DNA of 62,887 nt, filler included, from Sphacelaria rigidula (lineage: Eukaryota), in the NCBI GenBank assembly GCA_964200075.2. It is 6 parts of 6 records of this genome, joined end to end, with 100 filler letters (N's around TTAATTAATTAA, not from the genome) between each part and the next. Parts side by side here need not be neighbours in the genome. Positions count along the whole stretch, not along the records: positions 10,499 to 20,896 come from CAXNAA020006576.1; positions 20,997 to 31,394 come from CAXNAA020006577.1; 4 more parts are not named here. The stretch is one strand, 5' to 3'. Under the pieces are notes generated by a model that did not search any database, had not been told where the DNA came from, and saw only the letters and a program-made list of their open reading frames with translations. The position numbers and the translations under genes are program-made. How positions within the stretch are numbered: position 1 is the first letter of the stretch; each line of letters opens with the position of its first letter. Positions 10,987-23,819 of the stretch are shown piece by piece.

Positions 10987-11637
10987 GCGCGTTGCACTAC
11001 AGTAGACTAAGTATTGTTCAACAGCCCACCGCGAAACCGGTTCTCAACACAGCTACGGCGGAAGTGGCCATACAGGGCGTGATCGTTGGTTCAGACTGGA
11101 TGAAGCGCCTCGCATGGGCACTACTGGCGAAACAACCCCAGGCGTGGGCCTAACCCTTACCCCCGTTGTGTGTGTATGCAGCTTTATTGTGGGGCAACGG
11201 TATATCTCAGCAGACTGCTGAATGATGATGCGTTTCGAAGATCGTTGGCATCTGCCGACGCATTGGATCGTTTCGCTGACGGCGATCGTCGCCGGCGCAA
11301 CAGTATGAAGTCTCTCTCAGATACTCAACAAGAGGCGCTCGAAAACTCGATGACTAGTCCAAATGAGTATGTTTCCAGCATGCTTTGGTACGTGCTCTGT
11401 AGCGCTTAGACGCAAGTAGGGGTTGCTCTAAAGATGCTGCACAATAAATGACGGTGGCTCTTCTGTTGGACTCCTCACCATCGTGCTTTCGCTGCCACGC
11501 AGAAACTTCTGCGTTAGGGGCACATGATCGAAAGTGGTTGCGAATCCCGAGCCTTTTGAACAGAGTAAATGAAATTTCGATGGCCCGTTGAACCTTAATG
11601 AAATGTTGAACCTCGAAAACGAATACAAGCTGTTCTT
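10987..11637 (+). repeat. Dispersed ~650-bp non-coding repeat (probable non-autonomous TE); second copy at 43296-43986
   Basis: Collinear similarity from gcgcg.tgcactac...gcggaagtggccatac...tttcgaagatcgttggc.tctgccg...cgcaacagtatgaag...gtaaatgaaatttcgatgg to ...gctgttc. Confidence 0.85.
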
Positions 11638-12268
11638 TATCGAAGAGGGGGGGATTCGGCTCACGGAATAATTCACGTGTGTAGTTTCTCTTTCCTACGC
11701 CTAACAAGGTTCCTGTGAGATTGGGCGTCTAGCTTCTGATGAAGAATGGGCTATTCGGCCGTTTGTGCCGGCGGCCTCATTTTCACTTGACAATTTCATA
11801 CGTGACTCATATGATGTACCCTAGCGGTCAAAGAGTCAAGATTCCGAAGGGTTCAGTTGTTGGGGATGTTTGAGGTTGTTTTGTCTTATTTTGCTCAAGT
11901 GTAACTCTATGCTTCAAGTCTCACGCTGCGCTCTTGTGTGCCCCGTGTGCAGCAGTACACACGCTGTACTAGGCACGTATTGGCAAGATGACATGTCGTA
12001 CCGTACAGTAAAAAGGGGCTTTCGGCAGTTGTGGTGTACACGTATGAGGATGGTGAAATGGTGTGAGCAGGGGGAGGGGCTACAGTTCTCAATACTGTTT
12101 TACTACGAAGTACAAAATACGTTTTGGTCTACATTCGCAGTCTCTTATGCACTATCGCAGCTGTAGTCGTACAAATGCATCTACTGCTGTAAACGTGTGC
12201 CGCTGTATACACATGACAGTATCGAAATTACATGTTATCAAACGCACTCTACTCTTATGCGGAGTTGA

Positions 12269-12391
12269 CAGGGTTTTTTTTCGGTTTAGCGGTTGGAACC
12301 ACTTAACCAGGACCCGGAATAGCGGTCAAGAACCGCTAAATCGGTTCAGCGGTTAGTCCCGGTTCAGCGGTCATTTCCCGTTTTCACACTA
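12269..12391. repeat. Cluster of CGGTT(C/T)AGCGG/AACCGCT motifs resembling hAT subterminal repeats
   Basis: Starts CAGGGTT and carries repeated cggtt.agcggt in both orientations. No TSD found. Confidence 0.4.
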
Positions 12392-12832
12392 GGGATCACT
12401 AAATCGGGACCTCTACTGTAGTCCAATGCAGAGGTTAGTTATCCTATGGGTGTGGAGCCAACACTGTGTACCAACCGCAGCGTGACGCGTTCTGCAGTAC
12501 CACCTGCTCACTGCACAGCGGGAGGGTGCAGGGTGACAAAGCACAACGCAAGACGCCACATCCTTAGCCTATCCCTGTCCTGCATTGATTTCGCGGTGTC
12601 CTACACAGATCGCCGCATCATTTATCTAGCCGCGTGTACCGCGGCCAACGCGTACACAGGATATCACGCCTCGCTACGGGCTACAGTATATTACTACGTC
12701 ACATTTTGTAAAGCTGTCCGTGCTGCAGCTACAGCGTGCGTTTGCCCCAGGTGGCGCACGCAGGAGTGAAAGGCCGTCTGCGCCGCTGTAATGGCTGCCT
12801 GTATCTTGGGCGAAGCTGTATGGTAACACAGC

Positions 12833-12910
12833 CGCGGCTGGTGCGCCTACATATACCGAAAGATGGAGACCGGCGTCCAGAACAGATGGGGCGACAACAC
12901 ACACAACACA
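12833..12910 (+). mobile_element. 3' tail of SINE family A or of its partner LINE
   Basis: ggctggtgcgcc.acatataccgaaag.tg.agacc..cgtccagaa...gacaacacacac matches the SINE A 3' end, but the upstream sequence differs. Confidence 0.65.
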
Positions 12911-14338
12911 CTCAATATGCGCAGTACACTTTCAACATCGTGTTCGTTTTGACTATAGAAATATTCAATCTTTGTCTACTGTTGGGTGCATTTCCATATA
13001 TAATGCAGGGTCTGGTACATCTCGACTTACAATGTAACGGAGGGTCTGGTATTTTTCCACCTGCACATTGTCATAATGATGTGGTGTGTAGCTGATGCAC
13101 TGGCTGAGGTCTCTCAGCACGAGTACCAGGAGACCATTGGTTCCAGCTGAACCAAGCTCTCATGTGGGCACAACGTACGACCTATAGATATCCATCATGA
13201 GCAATCACACAGTAGGTCCATTCATGTGTAAATTGCTGGCTAGGAACTCACGTGTTTCATGGCATCATGTTATATCTACAAGCAGCTCTCTTACTCAGTA
13301 CAGCCGCGGCGCAGCCATAGGAGCAGGGCGTAGTGATGGCCCAGAGTAGACCAAGGCAAGGCCAGTAACTGATCGAGGTGGGTCAACGCGGCCTCTGGCC
13401 GCGGCTGGACAATCCTAACTAATGACAGTAGCAAACGCAGTAACAACGCGTCACGGAACCCAAGGTCTACGAACAGATCCGCACGCCGTGATATTTTGCT
13501 ATGCCATCACGCTTCATCACACTAGCCCATCCTAGACGAGTCCTTATGCGGTTGAATCATCACCACCTGGGCAAAATGCAGTTGCGCCGAGGAACTTGAA
13601 AGTGCGACGAGAAAGGGCTCTTCTGCACTACACTCGTACAAAAGCATGAAGCGAGAAGAAAAAGAACAGATATTCTCCCACATCTCTCAAAGGCGAGCAT
13701 CACTGCCATCCGACACATCAAACGTTCAATCCACAAAAGGAAAACGTTATATTTACGTGACACTCATTACCTATGTTGCAAGACAACATACACGCAAGTC
13801 CATTTACAATGTAAAGCACTAAATGGTACGCACGCGTAGACTTCATCTACCAACGGGACAAGGAGGGAATGCCAGACAATCCGGGAAGAGGGTAGGGAAA
13901 TCGCAGTTGAGTCATAGCATCGCGGCAATTGCTCTGGTCGAACGCAGATCCAAGTGAGCTCCACGTCTTTGTCCGACTCCGTCCCCACACATCCGTCGCG
14001 TATAGCGAGAGCGACACTCTGCTCGATTCCGTGGCAGAGCGTTTAAAGTATCAAACCTGACAGAAAAAGGCGTGCAGCGTGAAGTACACTGCGATGGCAG
14101 GGGACTACGCAGCAACAAGGAGATAAAAGCAAGGATGCAGCCCAAGTTCAGGGTTGGTGTGCCCCAAGTGCAAAATTCAAAGTCTCTGCGGGAGTGGGCA
14201 CGAGCCCATCCAAGACGACACTCAGGGTAAAAAAAACCAAGGGCCTTTGGTGAAACGTTTTCGTTCAGCGCGGCGGATCAAATATCGCGTGTTATGAGCA
14301 AAGCCTTGGTGTCAATCATACAAAACAACTCGTCAGGA

Positions 14339-14624
14339 TAGACCCCTACTGGACTCAGAACAAGTTCACAAGACTGCTCCAAGGGCTTCCTCCTTCGCTA
14401 GGGCTTGGAGGCTTCGACACAGTTGTTGTTCACAAACTCACAGTCTTCGTTATCGGAAGTAATCTTGCACCTCCTTAGACATATATACTGGCAACCAGTC
14501 ATGGTCATACTCAAGAGAAAATCCCATGACCTGATATCATGATTCAAAGTTTATATCCAAACCTCTATGGATCAACCTGCAGCTCCTCATGCATCTGCAC
14601 GTGTACTAGAGGTGGACTACTCTA
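14339..14624 (-). repeat. 3' LTR of gypsy element 1
   Basis: About 18 mismatches to 18667-18952 by manual count (~94% identity). Termini TAGA...TCTA. Weak PPT-like AGGGG just inside. Confidence 0.92.
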
Positions 14625-15608
14625 CAGCACCCCTAAAACTCAGCACTACTCGAAGTAGAAAGCGAGTTTGACAAACAGTAGACACCGACTAACACGTTCA
14701 TGCTACCTTTGTCCGCCTGTTAGTGACACATGACTATGCAATGTCATGTTCACAAAGCAAATGATCATTTACAAAACGCTGAACAACGACACTTGAACAC
14801 AGCGTCTCAATCGAATTCAGTGAAGTCAACAATTCAGTCAACGGCAATTTCCCGTCGTGGCAAACTTGCACAAAGCAAACGCGCCAAGGATAATACCATT
14901 TCGAACCGTATTATTCGATCATATCACGCACTCAAAGCTTGATACCGTACTTTGTCTACAAACGTGCCTGCACCTTTTGACTCAGTCCCAACTGACGCAG
15001 CTCAGCACAAATATGCGGTGCTCCAATATGCGGTGCTCCTTCCAGACAAATGGGCACACCATCCACATTCTCCGTTTTTCAGATGCGAAACACCATCCAT
15101 GTGCTTATCCAAGGACATGACAAGCCATCAAAATATGTGCCACAGTAAAAGATCACTGTATCCGCGCACGATTTCTTTCATCGTCAACCTCTGGAAATAC
15201 TCACGTTATACTTGTTCACATATAAGCCTACGCATTTCGCAGTTTCCGCTCACTTTCACGCCAACAGCAGCAATCACCATCTCCTACAGCCAGTTTCTGC
15301 AAACCGCACAAAAATGATTTCACTTTTGTTTTTTGCGAAGAGTAATATACGAGATTTACTTCATTCAGCACATAGCAGTGTACTGAAAACTGTCTCACTC
15401 TGACTCTTCAGACACCATGCACATCAGTCGGAGATGCATGCTAATATTTCACTCAGCAGCTTCTTTGCAGAAACCACCATGTATCATGCGTGCCAACCAG
15501 AGCAACACAACACACAGATCCAGGAACCACACCACAACCACCTACAATCGTCCACAAAACGATTCAGGTATACAAGTCACAATGTGCTTTCTCATTCTCA
15601 ACTAGCAA

Positions 15609-16709
15609 TTACCCCAGTATGTCCTCCTTAACATCACCCAATCCGGCGCTCACCACAACATCAAGCACCTGCGGTAATGCCTTCCTTGTAATTCTCCTGC
15701 GCTGCTCCTGAGACACAGCAGCTCTCCGGCTAAAATCTCGTCCACACCGTAGAGCGGCATTTTCAGTCGAACGGTCGCTCCTCGCAACATAGATACAGCT
15801 ACAGCTCTCACAGCGGTCCCGAAAACCAGTGTGCAATGCCAACTGCACGGCAGGAACCAAAACCACCCAGGCACTAGCATCGCGTCTTTCTTCCTGCATT
15901 ATGACCTTCAAGGTACGAACAATGTCACGCATCATTCGCTCACGTTCACGATGTGACAACCGCGGGTTGGCCACCACTAGTCCGCGATCCATCAGCGACT
16001 TCTCAGGTACTATCACCCCACAATTCTCATATTGTGATGCCGTATCGCTGACCCATCCCTCCTGCGGCCCGAGCGCTTTGTACCATGTCAACAGATGCTT
16101 CACAGTCGTCGCCGCCGTACAAGATTCCGCGGGCTCTAACCGTACAAAGTCGCGTGAGTCATCCATCCTTACCAATATGTACTCGAACGGATCTCCTTCG
16201 TCCAAGCCATTGTCTCCCAGCGGACCACCCTCGTGAACATTGAGAAAATTAAGATGAAGCACCTTCCCTAGGCGAGCACCATGCACTACCTCCTTGTGGG
16301 GACGGGGAACTCCCTCCCCCGCCTTGTATGCACTCATGCAGCGAAAACAGGACTTCTCGGGCGTTTCAATCGCCGCCCTCGCCCACACTACCTGCAAACT
16401 GCAGTACACGAGCCCGAGCGCCACCAATGTTGCGATGCAGCGTGCCAACCACGCCATCCTCACCGGAAAGTACGCCCTCAACCGAGCCTTTGCCTCAACA
16501 GCAACAGGTTTGAATTTCACTTTCAAGGGCTCGACGCGAGCAGGCGGATAACCATGCAGCACTCGCCTAAGAATGCTCGCTCTGTTCCGTACAGACTCAC
16601 GAATTTGACTCACGTCACTTGCCGATATGCCGTAATCCGCGGCGGCTTGTACTGCCTCATCCGGCGCAACATCAAGCTCAGCAAGCTCTTGTTCCGGGGA
16701 TCTGCTCAT
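15609..16709 (-). pseudogene. Pol remnant: RT N-terminus fused in frame to the integrase core
   Basis: PARVEPLKVKFKP...RAY.P...LVALGLVY...WA...FR (RT start) runs directly into VHG..LGKVLHLNFL...YILVRMDD...VRLEP...TA.TTVKHLLTW...WVSDTASQY.N (rve). No YxDD motif or RNase H. Confidence 0.8.
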
Positions 16710-16998
16710 TGCCGGGATCTCGACAACGACCGCTCGACTGAGGAATTAACGGGCTCCGCCCGACCTCCTGGTTGCTGTAAAGCGTCTACCACGATACTGA
16801 CACGCCGACAGTCCGTTAAATCAGGCGTGTTTACTACACCTCGCACCAAAGTGTTGCACGTGCATAGGCCCCCAAGCTACTGCACACATCAATGCCGAGC
16901 ATCTCCAGCGTAGGGCTCCCCATGATTATCACATTATCTGTACCCGGCATGACCGCATATGAACAAGGGTCCAGCACAACCGGCCCCCAGCGGGTGTG

Positions 16999-17223
16999 TC
17001 AAGCGGTTCGGACAGGGCAAGGTTTTTGCTTCACGCATTCAACGTTGCTGTTAGCCAGTTTCACCAGCTGTTCACCAACCATCGGTGTGACCAGTCGAAC
17101 ATCTGGAACCACAGCTTGTAATTTCGCCGCTACACCCACTGACATGGTCATTATTCCAGATCCCGAGTCTAGAATGGCTTTGGCCGGACAAACAGTCTGT
17201 GCCCCTGCACTCGGTACGGACAA
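16999..17223 (-). pseudogene. Retropepsin-type aspartic protease remnant
   Basis: KAILDSGSGIMTMS motif. Confidence 0.75.
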
Positions 17224-17598
17224 GTCGGCGAGACACCATATTTCCTCTTTTTCTACACATGTACCCTCAGATTGAAAACCTGATACCTCACCCAGTTATG
17301 TCGATCTTCACGACGACATCGCCTCAGATGTCCAGCGAGGGACTGTTTCCCCTGTTTCCCCCGATACGGTCTGCTTTACGCCAACAGTAGAAATGACCGG
17401 TTCTGGTGGTAGCATTGCTCCACTGCTGGGAGCACCCCCTCCATCGGTTGAAAATATAGCGTTTGTAGCGGCAGGACTCTTGCCCCCTCCTCGAGGCACC
17501 TGTCCAGGGCCCTGCGACAGCTGCTGCTGTTGCTGCTGCGTGTCACCGGCCTTCGACTACCCACCTGCAGTATGTTGTGGAGCAGCAGCTTGGCTTTG

Positions 17599-18398
17599 CT
17601 ACTCACGATCCTTCACGAAGTGACCCTTGTCTCCACATGAGAAACAACCTGCATATCTTGGGCCCAGTTTCCGAGATCTCCCAGAACTGGCAGTCTCGCT
17701 GCCAGTGGTCGCCGTTTTTCCACCGTTCGGTTCACGCTTGGACCCTGAGGTCCCGCTGCCGCCCTTCTGTTTCAGCAGCGGCTGGTGACGGCGCTGTTCG
17801 TCAGCCGCTTTTACCGTCTTCCATGCCTCTGCTGCTTCCCGATCTGCATACACGAGCCCTCTTTCCACCCCTCCTTCATGTGGAGCATGTTGAGCACTTT
17901 TGTCTTGAATTCAGGGGGGGACATGCCGGCGAGAAATTCCCGCGTAATTATTTGAGCGGGTCCTGCTTTGAAAGTCTCGTCCTCGCGGAACGCGCGCTCG
18001 ATGCTCGCGTTTTCGGCAAAAACCTCCTCGAGGGCACCCCACTGTCCCTCGATTCTACCCATGACAGTCGGCTCGTTGCGAGCGGCCAACGCCTTCCGCA
18101 CACCCGCCGCAGCAACTGAAGGATCGATCTCTGTATCAATCCGACATTTTGCATGTCGGCCTAGTGCCTCGTTTAGATATTCATCATCGAGTACCGATCC
18201 GTCAAATATTGTACGTGATAAACACGTGCGAACGTGCTTGGGCACGAGTTCTGTCATGATCAATAAAGCGGTCTGTACTGTCCTCCCCTTATTGCTTAGT
18301 TGTACGCTCTCTTCGTAATCCCTATATTTTTTTAAAAAAGTCGTCTGGAGGTATCTTTGCTGAAATGCCGCCCGTACTCCGGTGCTTTTGCGATCCAC
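17599..18398 (-). pseudogene. gag-like remnant (frameshifted) with degenerate CCHC knuckle
   Basis: FLKKYRDYEE...R.. helical ORF followed by GCFSCGDKGHFVKDRE; lies directly after the 5' LTR. Confidence 0.7.
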
Positions 18399-18666
18399 CT
18401 GACATAAGCTTAGTAAATTTAAATGTCACCTCATCGCCTGCATCGCTCCCACCTCCTTTCCTGCGCGCTGCCATTCTTCCTTAGCTGCATGCAATGCTTT
18501 CAGCCAACGTAGCCGTCCCTCTGTTCAATGAGCTGCAACGAGCTGCCTCGCGTTACGGACTGCACATCTCTCTGTGTACAATACAAAAATGCTTGTGCAG
18601 AGACTGCCCGCAGCTGAAACAAACCTTTGCCAGAAACCAGCGGGTTCCCTGAATAAACGTTCGTTA

Positions 18667-18952
18667 TAGACCCATACTGGACTCAGAACAAGGTCACAAG
18701 ACTGCTCCAAGGGCTTCCTCCCTCGCTAGGACTTGGAGGCTTCGACACAGTTGTTGTTCACAAACTCACAGTCTTCGTTATCGGAAGTAATCTTGCATCT
18801 CCTTGGACACATATACTGGCAATCAGCTACGGTCATACTCTAGAGAATATCTCATGACCTGATATCATGATGCAAAGTTTATATCCAAACCTCCATGGAT
18901 CTACCTGCAGCTCCTCATGCATCTGCACGTGTACTAGAGGTGAACTACTCTA
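18667..18952 (-). repeat. 5' LTR of gypsy element 1
   Basis: Direct repeat of 14339-14624, same length. Confidence 0.92.
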
Positions 18953-19692
18953 CAGGACGCAATACCCAACTCAAAGCAATCGTCTGGCGGAAATACGGCC
19001 TACAACAAGGGCGGTATAATTGGTCATTCCCAGGGGAACACTAGACCACGAGCAACGGAACGACACAGGAGAACGCACCCGTGTCGCCAGCTGACCAGGC
19101 CGCGCCGCGGGATAGGTCTAGAACAAACAAACGAACACATCCACATAAATTGTCGAAATGCATTAACTCACCTCGACCTAAAACAGTCTTCGTGCATAAA
19201 TATGGCCTACAACAGGGGCGGTATAATCAGCAGTACACGGTGTGTCGTAGCAGCTCAAGTATAGGACTACGATACAACCGGTGTTGGGGGGGTACGATCT
19301 AATATCTGACCTGATCGGGGTGGGTGGGGGAGGCTGGGAAGTAGACAGGGCAGCGGCATATGGAACGGGCACGTGGGCTGTGTCCGAAGGCATTTCTCCC
19401 AGAGAAAATGTTCGAGCTCAGGTATTATTTCCATAGAACAGCAAAATATTATACTTTACACTGAGGAGGGGGCACATCGTGCGCTAGAAAACCCTGCGCG
19501 GTTACGGTGCCATTTCTCTCTCCTTGACAAGGGACGGGGACCATCTGAGACCATAGTAGTAGTCAGCATCAGAAGTTTTCAGAATCCGTAGTTGTTGTAG
19601 TTTTCAAGTTTTTCTCGAGTACTGTTCTTCATAACCAATTGAAAGAGGTGACGCCGGTAGATTCAGGGGGAAAGCGTAGGCTTCGATCAAAC

Positions 19693-20121
19693 TACAGTGC
19701 CCAAGTTGGTGTTTTTAGAGTAATACGGGCTAGATACCCCGTTTATCAGGAGGGTGTTATTGACCGTTTTTGGTTCAATGAAAGCAGCTTTTCGGCTCTT
19801 CCGCGACGAAAAGGTAAGTATTCAGATAAATGAATGCGTATACAATTCTTCACCACAACGATCGAGATCGTGCTTCCCTCCTATACTGCACAGACCTCAG
19901 CCTAGCATTTTCTGCGAGTGGCCTCTTTTCGGGGGGGTTTCGCGTAATATTTTCGATGAGCACTCGAAAGTGCTAGCGTCGATAGTTTTGGCGAAATGAG
20001 CAGGCCGTACTCAAATCACAATGCCCAAGTTGGGGTTGTGGGGGCCATACGGAGTAAAGACTCCGTTTATCAGGAGGGTGTTATTGACCGTAAATGGTAC
20101 AAGAAACGTAGTTTATCGGCT
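19693..20121. repeat. Two ~110-bp direct repeats (19693-19800, 20018-20121), probably DNA-transposon internal or subterminal repeats
   Basis: tgcccaagttgg...ccgtttatcaggagggtgttattgaccgt...tcggct is present twice. Confidence 0.7.
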
Positions 20122-20896
20122 TTAGCGAAGTGAATAGATGGAATTAAAAAAACTATATATTTTTGAGTCTGTACTCACATGATCGATATGGATTCGGTCC
20201 ACTGGAAATACCAAAAAGCTAGAACCTGGTGTTGCACTTTCGCAGGACCCCCGAAGATCCGTCAAGTCCGTAAGTCACTCAATATTGATCGCACGTATCT
20301 TTTCTTTCAATATTTATCAAGAGGGTAAAAGTATCTCCAGATACCCAATTTTTAGCATCCAACAATCACTGTGATGAGCGGTGGCAAGCAAAAGAAATAT
20401 GGGAAATCCTTGAGAAACTAAGAAGTTACGCATTCTGCATACTTCTGACGCTGACTACTGTCCAAGGAAAAGCTCAATCGAGCCGGACTGAAGTGAGGTT
20501 GTCAAAATCGTGGGGGTGGTCGCGCAAAACTTGTGGGCTTACACCCGGAGGCAATTTTTGTCGCTAAAACCACAACTCGTCCATCATCAGGCGAGTCCTG
20601 AAAAGAGGCTCGACTTGTAGACCGTTGACGGGAAAAAAAGACATACGCCATGACAAGAAATCGGTCAGGCAGCGTTGTCCCAGAATGGCGGAAATCAACT
20701 GCGGTAGACTCGAATCAATTGTGCCAACGTCAACAACGCGACCCGTATTACATGCTTGTGCTGTCACAGGGGGAAGCTACAGTCTCCACGACTGACGGGT
20801 CAGCTTCCCACACCTCAGGACCATGCTGCGCGGTGGGATACCGCAACATGCCAAAGGGCGCCCGGGGGGAAGGAGGGGGGGGGGGTGTACTCATGA

Positions 20897-20996
20897 NNNN
20901 NNNNNNNNNNNNNNNNNNNNNNNNNNNNNNNNNNNNNNNNTTAATTAATTAANNNNNNNNNNNNNNNNNNNNNNNNNNNNNNNNNNNNNNNNNNNN
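20897..20996. other. Artificial 100-bp contig spacer
   Basis: N-TTAATTAATTAA-N linker. Confidence 0.97.
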
Positions 20997-21120
20997 AGGA
21001 AGGTCGACACAGGAGCTTTTTCTTCTTTATTTGTTTCTAGTACCCCATCTTCCTTCTGCGGTGCTTGCCTTCATTTTTTATCGCGAAAGGGGTTCAGCAG
21101 TCCCTTTCCCTCGTCGATCG
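20997..21120 (-). mobile_element. SINE family A fragment at contig start
   Basis: Reverse complement of cgacgagggaaagg.actgctgaacccc...gcaagcaccgcagaagg. Confidence 0.75.
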
Positions 21121-21718
21121 CCATGAATATTTTGTATATATGACCTTTGATCCCAACTGGACCGTCTGAGGGTCACACACGACTTATTTGTCTTCATTTT
21201 CATACTTCCTCTGTTTCGTAAGTCTGGGAACTCATGTTGGGAGAGACTGTTAACGGTCTCGTAAGTCTTCGGCGATAACGTTTTCGAAATCTTGAGCGTT
21301 TTTTGGGTTGAAACACATTTTTTTGTCTTGTGCACTACCCTGCGTGGTCTAGCGGCTAACAAAAAAGTACTCTGGCCGAAAATGGCCGTATTTTGACCAC
21401 TTTCCGCTGAGGGGGGGGGGTGAGGGCACGATAAAAAAACAACACTTGAAACCCCAAGACTTATCTCCAGCCCTGAACCTAACCCCCCCTCTATCAACGA
21501 TCCATGTCGCATCCCCCGATACTAAAACTAATATAATAGTGAACCTACGCTAAAACCAAGACACTTGGGGGGCAAGCCAACCAACAGTAGGTCCCCATCT
21601 ACTCAGCGCAAAGGGCCAAAATGGCCATATTTTGACTTCATTTTAGTATGGACAACTAGCTTTTTTTAAATTTGTTTCTTGCATCAGCTTCGTTGGCATT
21701 TTAACTTTCCAGATAACC

Positions 21719-21995
21719 GGTCGCCCCGGTGGCTCAGTTGGTAACCTCGTAACCTTCTGATGGTTGAGTGGNNNNNNNNNACTTAACAGTCGACGAGGGA
21801 AAGGTACTGCTGAACCACTCTCGCGATAAAAACGAAAGGCAAGCACCGCAGAAGGAAGGTGGGGTATTCAAAATAAATAGAAAAGAAAAAGCTCTTGTGT
21901 TCACTTTCCTCCTGTGTGATCCCGGCTGATGCGCCCACACATACCGAAAAGTGTAGACTGGTGCCCAGAATAAATGGGACTACAAAACACACTCG
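21719..21995 (+). mobile_element. SINE family A, copy 2 (internal N gap)
   Basis: ggtcgccccggtggctcagttggtaac head, family body and acacac tail. Confidence 0.8.
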
Positions 21996-23819
21996 ACACA
22001 ACGAACCCAACATTAGGATGATCGGAATAGAGTGCATACTCGGAACAACTAAAACTCCATAACTTCCCAGACTTGTGAAACAGCGGAAGTATGTATTCCA
22101 GTATGGGACAATCGGAACAGAAACAAGTGTACTACCCGTGTATACATGTCATGACCTTCAGAGCTCAGTTGAACGCGGTGCGTGTTTGTATGATCACGAG
22201 GGGTTGCGACGTATCGGAAATCGTACATGCGCCGAAGGGGGCAACCATTCTATATACAGTACCTAGAGTGGTAGCCCCTCCCTTCGCGAACCCCTTCCAA
22301 CAAGAACGCGTTTGGGACACGAGGCCATCCCCGACGCAGCTCAAATCGCATACTGCAGCACCACACTACAGGATTGTGGAGTGACATCTGCATCATATCA
22401 AAGCCGTCAAAACGTGCGACGAGAAATCCCTCCATCTGCATCGATGTACTACAACAGTAGAGGTGTCTCACACCTGTGGAGTACACGATGCCCATAAGCG
22501 GTGCGCACGCGCGATCGCTGAGGCCGTGCCTTCCCCGTATGGAATCCATCACGTCTCGTGCTTGCGTCACCTGCGGTAAAAACAATACAGGATATCGTTG
22601 CAGATGCGGACAGTACAATGTATGTTACTTCTTGACCGGTCGAGGTACAGGTGATTTTTTGTATCCAGTGCGTTATCCCGCTCATCTCCACTCATCACTT
22701 ATCGATGAAGTGGTGACTGGCCGCTGTCCCAGGGACCGTCTCATCGTCCGCAGTCTCTCAAGATCTCCTGCATTTCGTGCTCACTATGCAACCGGCGGCT
22801 AGCCAACACGACACAATGCCGTGCAGATAGGTGCCCGTGGGATTGCGAACGGACCAGTTCGCACGCAGGAACAGCATGATTTTCTCTTCCCTCCGTGTTG
22901 TGCAAATGAAACGACCTTGACCCGTCAATCAACGGAGGAATGCTCCAACGACAGCGCCGCACAAACTTCGTCTCTGCGAGCTACCTTCATTTCTGCGAAA
23001 TATGACAACTCACCAAATGTTTTGAAAGATGCTTCGCAGATGGAGACTATGGCTGGAATGTGATACAGGTGGGGTGGACGAGTGTAGAGCACATCGGCGA
23101 TATTTGGCTCGTTGGAAAATGACACGCGGAACAGTTCCCTCCTGGTCAATCGAAAGAATTATTAGACCCCACCGGCGCCATGTTATCATTACCGATGCGA
23201 AGGCTTGAAAATGGTAATTGAAAATCCCCGATGTGCTACGGAAACCTGCGCTCGTGAGTGGCTTCATGTTTTAACGGTATTGTTCCTGATAATTGAAAAG
23301 TTCTAGACTCGAGGATCAGGAACGTTGGGATTCTCATGGCGAATTTCCCGACATGGACGCAAAAATCAAGACCGAAATGAATACACAACCAGGGGTACGC
23401 TGGGCAATAGCGAAAAGAGAATATCAGAAACATGAAGCAGAAAAATAACACGTGGCGACCGTCCTTGTAAACGGGAGGGCTTATCGTGTGTACTAAGCAA
23501 GTAGGGTCAAAACATTTGAGACCCTGAGCTTCGGTTACAATCGCCCATGTAAATATAAAACCCAACGTGGAACGCACACAAAAGGACACACGTCACGACC
23601 GATGCCGAAGAGGGAGGCGGTATTTGCGTACGGAGTGATTGAACAAGAGCGCAATATTCCAGACGTAGGGGTCAGGGATGTCTAGCGCTCGCTCCGGAAA
23701 CTCTCGACCAAAAACAAACAAAGAAGAAAACAGTATGATGAGCAAAACAAGACAAAATGTGCGTACAATGAAGAAAAATAAATAAATAAATAAATAACTC
23801 GTGGCTGTTGTTCCAGAAT

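Larger units (their letters stand above)
14339..18952 (-). mobile_element. Non-autonomous Ty3/gypsy LTR retrotransposon (4.6 kb), RT/RNase H core deleted
   Basis: Paired 286-bp LTRs and 5-bp TSD CAGGA (14334-14338, 18953-18957). Internal gag-like ORF, degenerate zinc knuckle (CFSCGDKGH), protease (AILDSGS) and integrase remnants. Confidence 0.92.

Noticed and set aside
16281-16913. 210-aa and other + strand ORFs over the gypsy elements (also 38663-39304, 26704-27213)
   Set aside because: Antisense shadows of pol; no independent motifs.
22050-22300. 3' LTR of gypsy 2
   Set aside because: A PPT-like tract exists near 22277-22287, but no second LTR is present in the contig to confirm boundaries.
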